32,153 nt of DNA from a virus (lineage: Duplodnaviria; Caudoviricetes), in the IMG/VR virus record IMGVR_UViG_3300036833_000068, positions 1 through 32,153 of that record; one strand, written 5' to 3'. This document shows positions 24,337 through 32,153 of the stretch, piece by piece (within the stretch, counting starts at the first letter, position 1; every line of letters starts with the position of its first letter). The translations under genes and the position numbers were made by a program. A model generated the notes under the pieces. That model made no database searches. It saw only the letters and a program-made list of their open reading frames with translations, and was not told the DNA's origin.

Positions 24337-24887
24337 ATATATCAACAAATCCTTGGACGTTTGCTACCGCTGACGTTCCCGCACCGTCCACGGCTGCTGC
24401 GTCTCCTGGTGGGATGATTCAACAGGGCTTGGCATCGCAGCCAAATAGCTTGGGTGGAGTTCTTTACACCTCTACTCTAGCGCATGGTCTTGTAGTTGGG
24501 CAATTCGTAACGTACATCTCCGACACGAATGGTAGATTTGGTGGGTGGTATAAGGTTATCGCTGTCCCTTCAACGACAACTGCTCTCCTCGCGAATCTAT
24601 CTAGCCCTACTAGCGGTCAACCATTTAACACCGTTATCGCACCTTCTGGTGGCGGTTCGATGCTAGTTAATCAAGTACAACAGAACGTTCGCGCAGAGGA
24701 CATTTCATGGCAAGGGGCTGCTGCTGGAGCTACCTTATCATTACTTGATAGAAATGGCTCTCTTATTTGGACAGCCTTATCCACACTTGCTGAATCATCG
24801 GCACAGAATCGTGGAAAGATTATGTGGGTGGACGGCATAACCTTACAAACTATTTCAAGTGGTACCGTATTAGTAACTATAAACTAA
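24333..24887 (+). CDS. putative virion structural protein with an inserted small beta-barrel (HGL..G, FCCH-like) domain
   Basis: GTGA overlap; TSTLAHGLVVGQFV...GWYKVIAVPSTT. Confidence 0.7.
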   Translation: MNISTNPWTFATADVPAPSTAAASPGGMIQQGLASQPNSLGGVLYTSTLAHGLVVGQFVTYISDTNGRFGGWYKVIAVPSTTTALLANLSSPTSGQPFNTVIAPSGGGSMLVNQVQQNVRAEDISWQGAAAGATLSLLDRNGSLIWTALSTLAESSAQNRGKIMWVDGITLQTISSGTVLVTIN

Positions 24888-25282
24888 TGGGAAAATCACT
24901 AGACGAGCTTGCATCCTACTTTAGACCGATAGCCGAAGGCATTCTATCTGATGCTACAGATGCCGGTCTAGACCCAGTTATAGAGGATACTGGTCGTACA
25001 GAGCCCGAACAGGCAGTTAAGATAGCGACTAATGTAAGCTGGACAACAACGTCTAAACATTTGCCTCAACCACCAGAAGGGAAGAGCGAGGCGATTGACA
25101 TTGTGCCGCGAGTCTGTATTTCTTTGAAGTACTGGGGATGGACTGGGGAAGTTGGAACTAGCCATCCTTATTGGGGAAAACTGATTGAAATTGGGAGAAA
25201 ACGTGGGGCTCGTTGTGGAGTTGACTTCCCACATCCAGACCCTGGGCACTTTCAATGGATTTCAGGTGTAGAAACAGCATGA
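24887..25282 (+). CDS. endolysin, peptidase M15 family (L-Ala-D-Glu peptidase-like)
   Basis: GRT..EQ, SKH, AIDIV, DPGHFQ zinc-site motifs; start reassigned to ATG 24887 (TAATG overlap). Confidence 0.85.
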   Translation: MGKSLDELASYFRPIAEGILSDATDAGLDPVIEDTGRTEPEQAVKIATNVSWTTTSKHLPQPPEGKSEAIDIVPRVCISLKYWGWTGEVGTSHPYWGKLIEIGRKRGARCGVDFPHPDPGHFQWISGVETA

Positions 25283-26577
25283 GGTTAGACGACATGGGTT
25301 TCCTAATCATATCCGAAGGCGGAGATGGTCTTGGATTGGCTATTCGTCTACAGAACGAAGGTCACAAAACCTCAATGTGGATTCGTGACCCTATCTCCGA
25401 TCAGCGAGGTGAAGGACTTGTTCAAAAAGGGGAAGTTCCCGAACTTAACTCCACTATCATTGCTGATTGTACTGGGGCTGGCGCTCTTCTTGATTCTTAT
25501 AGAAGCTCTGAAATTCGTACTTTTGGTGGTTCACAAATTGCAGATAAGCTAGAATCAGATAGGAAGCTTGCAACTGAGGTTTTCAATGAATGTAAAATCC
25601 CACAACCAAATTCGCAGAATTTTACGAACTGGGAAGAAGCAGAAGAATACATTAACAACTATGAAGGTGAATCGAAACTTGTCTTCAAGCCAGAAGGCAA
25701 ATTTAGTGGCGTTCTTCCCTCCTACGTCCCCAATAATAACGATGAGCTGTTGTCAATGTTCGAACATTTTAAGGGAATTATTGGCTCCGAAGAACCTGAA
25801 TTCGTTTTACAGGAGTTTATTGAAGGCACTTGCATCTCCAGTGAAATCTGGTGTGCGAAAGGACAGCCGATCTGGCCAACCAATCATACACTAGAACGTA
25901 AGCAATTCATGAATGGGGATATAGGCCCGTCTGGTGGTTGTACTGGTAACGTCGTATGGCGTTGTGACGATATGTCCTGTCCACTTTGTGCAAACTTATT
26001 GAAATTGGAACCATTTCTTAAAGAACACGAATGGACAGGTCCTATCGACATTAACACCGTTGTTTCCAATGAAGGGTCTATATACGCTTTAGAGTTCACT
26101 CCCAGGATGGGCTACGATGCTTTCCCAACATTTCTGTCTGGGCTGTTTGAAGGAGACTTCGGAGGATTCATCAACGATAGTTGTCGGGGTGATTCAAGGG
26201 ACCAGCCTCTCCGCGAGGGCTTCGCTGCGGGGATTAGGGTATCGTTGCCTCCCTGGCCTTCTGAGGACTTCCACTCCAAGTCAGGTATTGAAATTAGAGG
26301 ACTACGCGAATCTGATGTTAGCGGAATGGCCCCGTCCTTCTATCCTTATGAGGTTAGTAGCCAAAAAGATACTTATGTCACAAGCGGTGGGTGGGGCGCC
26401 GTTGGGGTATGTGTCGGGTATGGGAAAGACGTAGAGACGGCATTTGATGAAGCGTACTCTATGGTGAAGAAACTTAAGATACCTGATATGCAGTATCGAA
26501 CCGATTTCGCACACGTATTTAAGAAGGACCTTTATATGCTACGTCGTGCCTTTAACAAGACCTTTGCGCGAGTTTAA
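25279..26577 (+). CDS. divergent PurD (GAR synthetase)-like ATP-grasp ligase
   Basis: FGGSQIADKLESDR, VFKPEG, LQEFIEG..IS, GDIGPSGGCTG, LEFTPRMGYD, YRTD; start ATG 25279 (ATGA overlap). Confidence 0.85.
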   Translation: MRLDDMGFLIISEGGDGLGLAIRLQNEGHKTSMWIRDPISDQRGEGLVQKGEVPELNSTIIADCTGAGALLDSYRSSEIRTFGGSQIADKLESDRKLATEVFNECKIPQPNSQNFTNWEEAEEYINNYEGESKLVFKPEGKFSGVLPSYVPNNNDELLSMFEHFKGIIGSEEPEFVLQEFIEGTCISSEIWCAKGQPIWPTNHTLERKQFMNGDIGPSGGCTGNVVWRCDDMSCPLCANLLKLEPFLKEHEWTGPIDINTVVSNEGSIYALEFTPRMGYDAFPTFLSGLFEGDFGGFINDSCRGDSRDQPLREGFAAGIRVSLPPWPSEDFHSKSGIEIRGLRESDVSGMAPSFYPYEVSSQKDTYVTSGGWGAVGVCVGYGKDVETAFDEAYSMVKKLKIPDMQYRTDFAHVFKKDLYMLRRAFNKTFARV

Positions 26578-26597
26578 GTGTTTAGATACTAAACAGT
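26577..26597. promoter_or_regulatory. operator-like copy AGTGTTTAG-ATA-CTAAACAGT
   Basis: intergenic, directly after the ATP-grasp stop. Confidence 0.6.
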
Positions 26598-26611
26598 AAA
26601 AGAGATTATAA

Positions 26612-27250
26612 ATGCCATTTCCCCCTAACTTCGCTGATATATGGGATATTAGCCAGCCACCTGATACTGAGTTGGCTAATTTACTTGGTCAGAATATACG
26701 TGGTCTTAAAAACGATATAATGCAGAGGATGTCCCTTCTAAGTGGGACTATTGCTAATAGACCAACCCCAGAGGTTAATAGTGCAACCGCTAATTGGGGC
26801 GGTATTGGATATGGCATTATATACATATCCACCGACACGAATCAGATATTTCAATGGAGCGGCATAGCTTGGGTAGATATAACGGCTTCTGTGGGAAGCG
26901 ACGTAATAGCTTCTGTTAATCTACCAAATCAGGCTGGACAGATCGCCTCAACAGTCTTGTACCCAGTTCCTATTAATAAAGCTGGTATGTATAGAGCATC
27001 CATTGATACTCTTATTACAACGGCTGGAACGTCTGGTACATTAAGCCCGGAAATAATTAGTAATAACGGTATTACAACACTTGTTCAAGGATCCCCTGCC
27101 TTAAGTGTAACCGGGGCTGGTCTTGAATCAACTGGTGAGTTTTGTTTCTACTCTGCGCAGAGTCAGAATATTAGTTTTCAGGTTTTATTTGCTGGTACGG
27201 CTGGCGCTTTGCAGTATACCTTTAGAATACGTTTAGAGTTTCTAGGATAA
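26612..27250 (+). CDS. putative tail/virion protein
   Basis: N-terminal WD...P...IR.LK.DI..R, GTIANRP, YISTDTNQIFQWSG..W, beta-sandwich-like C-terminus. Confidence 0.72.
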   Translation: MPFPPNFADIWDISQPPDTELANLLGQNIRGLKNDIMQRMSLLSGTIANRPTPEVNSATANWGGIGYGIIYISTDTNQIFQWSGIAWVDITASVGSDVIASVNLPNQAGQIASTVLYPVPINKAGMYRASIDTLITTAGTSGTLSPEIISNNGITTLVQGSPALSVTGAGLESTGEFCFYSAQSQNISFQVLFAGTAGALQYTFRIRLEFLG

Positions 27251-28854
27251 TGTCAAATCTACAGGATAGAAGGCAAGCTCAAACGGAGGAGTTCTTCGAA
27301 TTCCCGATTACTGGGCCTTTCGGTGGTGTTCAATCTGAATTACCGTTAGATCAGATTGAGAATTACGGATTCTCCGATGTAACGAACATGCTATTTAGGA
27401 AAGGAGTTTGTTCCGTCAGACCAGGATTCACCGCGTTAACGCCGTTTCCGGTAACCGCGAATGAGGCTGTTCTAGGTATTGCAGATTTCTTTACCAAGAA
27501 CGGGGATAGGGTTCAGACGGTAATAACCACTACACGGCTTCTTAGGTGGAACTCTAATACTGCGGACTGGACTGAGATAACTGGACCTGGTTTCACTGGC
27601 ACTTCATCGCAAACATTTGCGTGGGACGTAATAGGTAATAAGCTGTGTTTTTCACAGGGCGCAGATAGGGTATTCTATTGGGATGGCATAACCCCGACAT
27701 ACGCTCAGACATCTGCTAGTGCTCCGTCGGCGTTCTTTCTTGCAGAGATTGGGTTACACTTAATGGCCCTTAACGTAAATCTAGGTTCTGGTCAACTAAC
27801 ACAAACCTATGTATGGAGCGGTGTTGGTGACCCAACTGATTGGACCTCATTTAATTCGGGTCGTAACGACAATCTTAATAATCTGGGTCCCGGTCGCGGC
27901 CTTCTTAAACTAGGTCAATATGGGTATGGATGGCATAACTGGGGTATCGTGCAGATACAGCCAACCGGAATTGGTCTCGCACCCTTTTACTTTACTCCTA
28001 TCGCTAATTCCAATGTTGGGAACATCTGCACCCGTTCCCTTACACGTTTTAATCGAGAAGGAGTTGAGTGCGCGGCCTATATGGGAAAGGACAATGTATA
28101 CGTATTTAACCAGTCCTCTGTTATCCCAATTGGAGACGCACCGATAGATGGGCGTAAAAGACTGGGCGCCCGTTCTAGAATCCTAGCAGACTTAGTTACA
28201 AGTAACGCCTTAACGGCGTATGGGTTTGTAACACAGAATATTGTTGGACAAGTCTTCAATGCATACTGGCTTATTATACCCAACGTATCTGTATGGGTCT
28301 ATAATTTCGATGAATCTAATTGGACTCGCTTCAAGTACAACGATACTCAAACCGTAGCTGGTCTATTCTTCTGGCAGCGTGGGATACGCATAATGGATTT
28401 AATTGGCACTATTGCTCAACAAAGCTGGACACCAGCTACCCTAAACCCGAATCTTCTATTTGACGGATTCGCTATAGGGTATAGTAATGGGAAGATTGGA
28501 TTCATTGATTTTACTAATTACTCCGAATTACCTAGTCAGGTAGTTTCTGCTAAGCACGTTTTTGGGGATAGAAGACACGGTCACTCTGTGAAAAAGTTTA
28601 GGCTCGTCGTACAGGATAACGGACCTACAACATACACGATGACTGTAAAGAATAATCTTGGATACTCTGAGATAAAAAGTGTTACGTTAGGTACTGGAAG
28701 TGGAGACTCTCTTAGCTACATATTCACCTTCAACGTATCTGGTCTTCGTGTTACTTGGACCTGCGATGTACCAGCGTTTCAGCCTGGTGCTATTATCGAA
28801 TTCTGTCCGATCTTCAATGTCACTGGAGAGCAGCGTGGAGGGATGATAGATTGA
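27250..28854 (+). CDS. tail nozzle / DNA stabilization protein (P22 gp10-like beta-propeller)
   Basis: 534 aa; PFGG start, N......VRPG, VWSGVGDPTDW, WVYNFDESNW; TAATG overlap. Confidence 0.7.
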   Translation: MSNLQDRRQAQTEEFFEFPITGPFGGVQSELPLDQIENYGFSDVTNMLFRKGVCSVRPGFTALTPFPVTANEAVLGIADFFTKNGDRVQTVITTTRLLRWNSNTADWTEITGPGFTGTSSQTFAWDVIGNKLCFSQGADRVFYWDGITPTYAQTSASAPSAFFLAEIGLHLMALNVNLGSGQLTQTYVWSGVGDPTDWTSFNSGRNDNLNNLGPGRGLLKLGQYGYGWHNWGIVQIQPTGIGLAPFYFTPIANSNVGNICTRSLTRFNREGVECAAYMGKDNVYVFNQSSVIPIGDAPIDGRKRLGARSRILADLVTSNALTAYGFVTQNIVGQVFNAYWLIIPNVSVWVYNFDESNWTRFKYNDTQTVAGLFFWQRGIRIMDLIGTIAQQSWTPATLNPNLLFDGFAIGYSNGKIGFIDFTNYSELPSQVVSAKHVFGDRRHGHSVKKFRLVVQDNGPTTYTMTVKNNLGYSEIKSVTLGTGSGDSLSYIFTFNVSGLRVTWTCDVPAFQPGAIIEFCPIFNVTGEQRGGMID

Positions 28855-31800
28855 AGCTAACCCCTAGTCTCGACTTGATTACCGTTCTTCCAGAGAAGAA
28901 GTCTTTATACGACTTCGTACAGATGCTTGGAAAGATGTGGCGTAATCTAGCGCAGCTAATTAACGGTAATATTGGTCTAGGTGACGGGACGAACTCAGAT
29001 AATATAAATGGAACATGGATAAACACCACGACACCAGTAGCTCCGAATACCGATTTTACGGTTAATCATAATCTTGGAAGATTACCAGTTGGATACCTAG
29101 TCATGCAAAAAGATAGGGCGGTGGATGTTTATACCGGGTCCGTTACTGCGACTAATACGCAGATTACGCTACGTGCTACGGTAGCAAGTGCTGTTATTAG
29201 AATGTTTGTCTTTTTACTTCTATTATCTCTAGCACCGTTCTGTCATGCTCAAACAACTACGAATGTTAGCGGTACGATAACCGACGCCGGTGGGCAGACC
29301 TGGAATAATGGAACGATAACCTTTACTTTTAATTCAGCCGGTACTTTCCCCCCATACTTTAATGATGGAGTTCCGTTCGTACCTGTCCCTATTACTTCTC
29401 CGCTAGACGCTACGGGTTCATTTACTGGAGTACTCGTACCAAGTAATAGTCATATAATACCAGCTGGGACTAAATGGAATATTCAGGTATGCCCACAATC
29501 TACGTCTAACTGTTTTATTCTCTTATCCCCTATAACAATAAGTGGTGCTACACAAAACATATCATCTCTAGTCATACCGCCAGCTATTTTAATTAGCCCA
29601 ACCATAGGCACGCAAGCGTATTCGGACACAGAGATTAATGCTACTAAGATTGGATCATCGTATTTTAATCTGACTACACAAAAATTTAGATACTGTAAGA
29701 CGGTAGTATCTCTCGTCTGTACTTTATGGGTAGACCTTGGTAGTAGTGCTGGTGGTGGTATAACCACTCAAGTTAATGGTGTTAATAACGCTGATCAGAC
29801 ATTCCTAAATTTTCTAACTAGTATTAATAATTTATCTGGTCTAACCATAACCCCATCTAATCCATCTGGTGGAGGTGTTAGACTTGAAATAACTGGAAGT
29901 GCGGCTACAGCGAGCGCATTAGATCATACTCCAACTCTATGCACAGGTGGACAGACCGCTGCTGGTATTCTAGCGAATGGTAATGCGACTGGCTGTTCAT
30001 CTGGCGGGGCTGCTCCGGCTGGTAATAACGGGGATATTCAAATAAAAAGTGGTTTAGTTCTTGCGGCTGGTGGAGAGAATGATGACGGGACGAACTTCGT
30101 TGTAAAACGTGATCTCATTCCTAGTGGTCCTAATCCCTATATAGACGTACGCTCGTTCGGGATGCGAGCTGTAACCACCGGGTTCTCTACCACGGGTAGC
30201 ATCACTTCTGGAACCAGTACGCTAACACTGGCAGTAGCTAGTAACTTCATAAACGGCGATGGAATTACGGTTACTGGTGCAGGAGCTACACCCACGATCA
30301 CCACTCCAGCCGCACCTACAGTCACAGCTAGTGACTCGTTCATGCCAGGTACGGGCATCAATTTCGCAAACTCCTCTGGGGCTACGACTTATCAGTATCA
30401 AGTCGTTGTGATTGACCAGAAGGGCGGCATGGCAATCGCTAGCCCTGCGACCTCTATTAATAACGGCGCAGCTACGCTCGGTGATAACACCGTCAACGTC
30501 TCCTCGTGGACGCGATCTAACGGTACAGTTACAGTTACCACTGCTGCGGCACATAACCTCGTGGTTGGTGCGGGAGTCTCGATCATCACGGATGGTAATA
30601 TAGCTGGGTATTGGCAGGTAGTCACCGTTCCTGATAACACGCACTTCACTTTTCTAACCTCACAGGACACGCGTAACGGCGCGTTAACCTCTGGTGGTAG
30701 TACTGGCGTCGTTCACTACTACACCTGCAATCACGTCACTTGGACCGCCGTCACTGGCGCGTGGAAGTACCTCATCTATGGTCGAACCTCTGGAAGCATG
30801 GCGCTAGTCGGCATCAGTCTACCAGAAAACACGAATGTCAATTTTCACTCTGACCCACTTTATAATACTTGGGATGACTTCGGCTCGGTTATGTCAGCCC
30901 CTCCCTTAGCGCAACCGTGGTATCCGGCTACCCCTCCGGTTGCGGTGAAGAACCAAGACCTAACGACTACAATTGTCAGCGGCGCGGGCACGGTCAACGT
31001 AGTACTGGCTAATAACGCGAGTAACACGGTATCCGGAGCTACGGCCACCTTTGACAACGCTGCCAACTTCGCAGCCGCAGCTGCATTTGCTCAGACGGGC
31101 GCAACAGCCGGTGCTTTATTCATCCCAGATGCCCCTGGTAAATTCTTTATCACCAACTCCGTAGTGAACATAGCATCCTCAAACAAGATCATAATCGTCC
31201 AAGCTGGTACGTTATCTCTACTTGATACTCTTATATGGGGACCTGGAACGTGGATCGGCAGCCCCGCGCTTCCCACCAATTCTAGCTCTTTCTCATTTCA
31301 GAGCTTGCCTTTAATCTCTGTCACTGGAAACCCAGCCATCTACACGGGCAACGGACAAGTCAATATGTCCTACGTTACCCTATCACAGCCCAGCGGAAAT
31401 CAAGGTCTCTTATTTTTAAGTGATGCCAGCACCATTCCAGCAAATCGCTGGGAGAACATGACATTTGCTACCACAGGCTCGAACGATTGCATGAATCGTT
31501 CTCTAATCATCCGTCAGAATCTATCTGGCGGTGCAGTCTATAACATACAAAATGTATCATTCCCAGTAGGTACTTGCACTGCTCTCCCAAGTACACCAGT
31601 CTTCGAGATTACGCAGTCTGCTGCGCCAATGCATATTAATAATATTTTACTAAATCGTCGTGGTATGTACTTTGGTAGCGGGTTCTTCGGAGTGATTGAT
31701 AATCTATATGAGCAAGGTGGAACGTCGCCACAACTAACTTTTTATAACTCATTGGGAGGAAATGCCTCGGTTCAACTAGATTATCGTAGCAGTATTCAGG

Positions 31801-32153
31801 ACACTACGCAATCACAGTACATAGCGTACGGCCCAAATCTTGGAGGGTATATCCGCTTCTTCGGCGCGAATGGTTTGGCTGGCTTCCCACTGGTTAGCGG
31901 TCCAGGTGGGGTAGCTATCTCCTTCGAGTCTGTTGAAACCGCGAACGGTAACTACAATCAGAATATCGGGTCTAAGATCGGCCCATTATCTGATAAGGCC
32001 ATTGATGGCGTCTTGAGCCCTGGAGGGCAGCAAAACTACACCGAAGAAATCTACAACATGGCCCTCGCTTTCGGGGCACCTTACAAGGTATTCGCAAACT
32101 CAGTGGCACAAGTAGCACCGACATGTGCCGTTAGTGCCGGGGGTACAGTCGCT
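28851..32153 (+). CDS. large tailspike/tail-fibre-like protein with beta-helix (pectate-lyase-like) region; 3'-truncated by the window, absent from the ORF track
   Basis: TTG start overlapping the upstream TGA, GGAGG RBS; read by hand as stop-free for 1101 codons; T/G/S/N-rich; YIDVRSFG...DNAANFAAA...GALFIP cap motifs. Confidence 0.85.
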   Translation, partial: MKLTPSLDLITVLPEKKSLYDFVQMLGKMWRNLAQLINGNIGLGDGTNSDNINGTWINTTTPVAPNTDFTVNHNLGRLPVGYLVMQKDRAVDVYTGSVTATNTQITLRATVASAVIRMFVFLLLLSLAPFCHAQTTTNVSGTITDAGGQTWNNGTITFTFNSAGTFPPYFNDGVPFVPVPITSPLDATGSFTGVLVPSNSHIIPAGTKWNIQVCPQSTSNCFILLSPITISGATQNISSLVIPPAILISPTIGTQAYSDTEINATKIGSSYFNLTTQKFRYCKTVVSLVCTLWVDLGSSAGGGITTQVNGVNNADQTFLNFLTSINNLSGLTITPSNPSGGGVRLEITGSAATASALDHTPTLCTGGQTAAGILANGNATGCSSGGAAPAGNNGDIQIKSGLVLAAGGENDDGTNFVVKRDLIPSGPNPYIDVRSFGMRAVTTGFSTTGSITSGTSTLTLAVASNFINGDGITVTGAGATPTITTPAAPTVTASDSFMPGTGINFANSSGATTYQYQVVVIDQKGGMAIASPATSINNGAATLGDNTVNVSSWTRSNGTVTVTTAAAHNLVVGAGVSIITDGNIAGYWQVVTVPDNTHFTFLTSQDTRNGALTSGGSTGVVHYYTCNHVTWTAVTGAWKYLIYGRTSGSMALVGISLPENTNVNFHSDPLYNTWDDFGSVMSAPPLAQPWYPATPPVAVKNQDLTTTIVSGAGTVNVVLANNASNTVSGATATFDNAANFAAAAAFAQTGATAGALFIPDAPGKFFITNSVVNIASSNKIIIVQAGTLSLLDTLIWGPGTWIGSPALPTNSSSFSFQSLPLISVTGNPAIYTGNGQVNMSYVTLSQPSGNQGLLFLSDASTIPANRWENMTFATTGSNDCMNRSLIIRQNLSGGAVYNIQNVSFPVGTCTALPSTPVFEITQSAAPMHINNILLNRRGMYFGSGFFGVIDNLYEQGGTSPQLTFYNSLGGNASVQLDYRSSIQDTTQSQYIAYGPNLGGYIRFFGANGLAGFPLVSGPGGVAISFESVETANGNYNQNIGSKIGPLSDKAIDGVLSPGGQQNYTEEIYNMALAFGAPYKVFANSVAQVAPTCAVSAGGTVA

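Noticed and set aside
25279-26577. True purD auxiliary metabolic gene
   Set aside because: Substrate-binding motifs are altered and the context is structural; gene symbol withheld
29208-29216. Programmed frameshift at GTC-TTT-TTA in the tailspike
   Set aside because: Not a full X-XXY-YYZ heptamer and no evident stimulatory structure
1-32153. Integrase, DNA polymerase, primase, reverse transcriptase, or a recoded genetic code
   Set aside because: No such motifs seen in this window; genes read intact in the standard code and all three stop codons are used

Overview
A 32-kb segment of a tailed dsDNA phage genome with podovirus-like head, nozzle and spike genes. A soil/Acidobacteriota-type host is only an inference from protein style. 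Two arms diverge from a palindrome-rich control region at about 13.75-14.5 kb. The left arm (minus strand) carries small zinc-finger and early genes, a coupled J-domain / vWA / FtsK-motor / DnaJ-type zinc-finger cluster, a PD-(D/E)XK nuclease + Sak4-like ATPase + DUF669-like SSB recombination module, and a ParB + ABC-ATPase-GNAT putative DNA-modification pair. The right arm (plus strand) carries an Ig-like protein, terminase, holin-like protein, portal, scaffold, decoration protein, major capsid protein, M15 endolysin, a divergent PurD-like ATP-grasp ligase, nozzle, and a >1100-codon tailspike ORF that is missing from the ORF track and runs off the window. The most unusual observations are: (1) an apparent second gene nested in the +1 frame inside the GNAT domain, with both frames open for about 790 nt; (2) a signal-peptidase-type sequence about 117 residues inside the tailspike; (3) a tRNA-like structured RNA with a canonical T-arm; (4) the PurD-like ligase among virion genes; (5) a dispersed 21-bp palindromic operator family and repeat-bounded mini-cassettes. 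All family calls come from motif recognition by eye; no searches were run.
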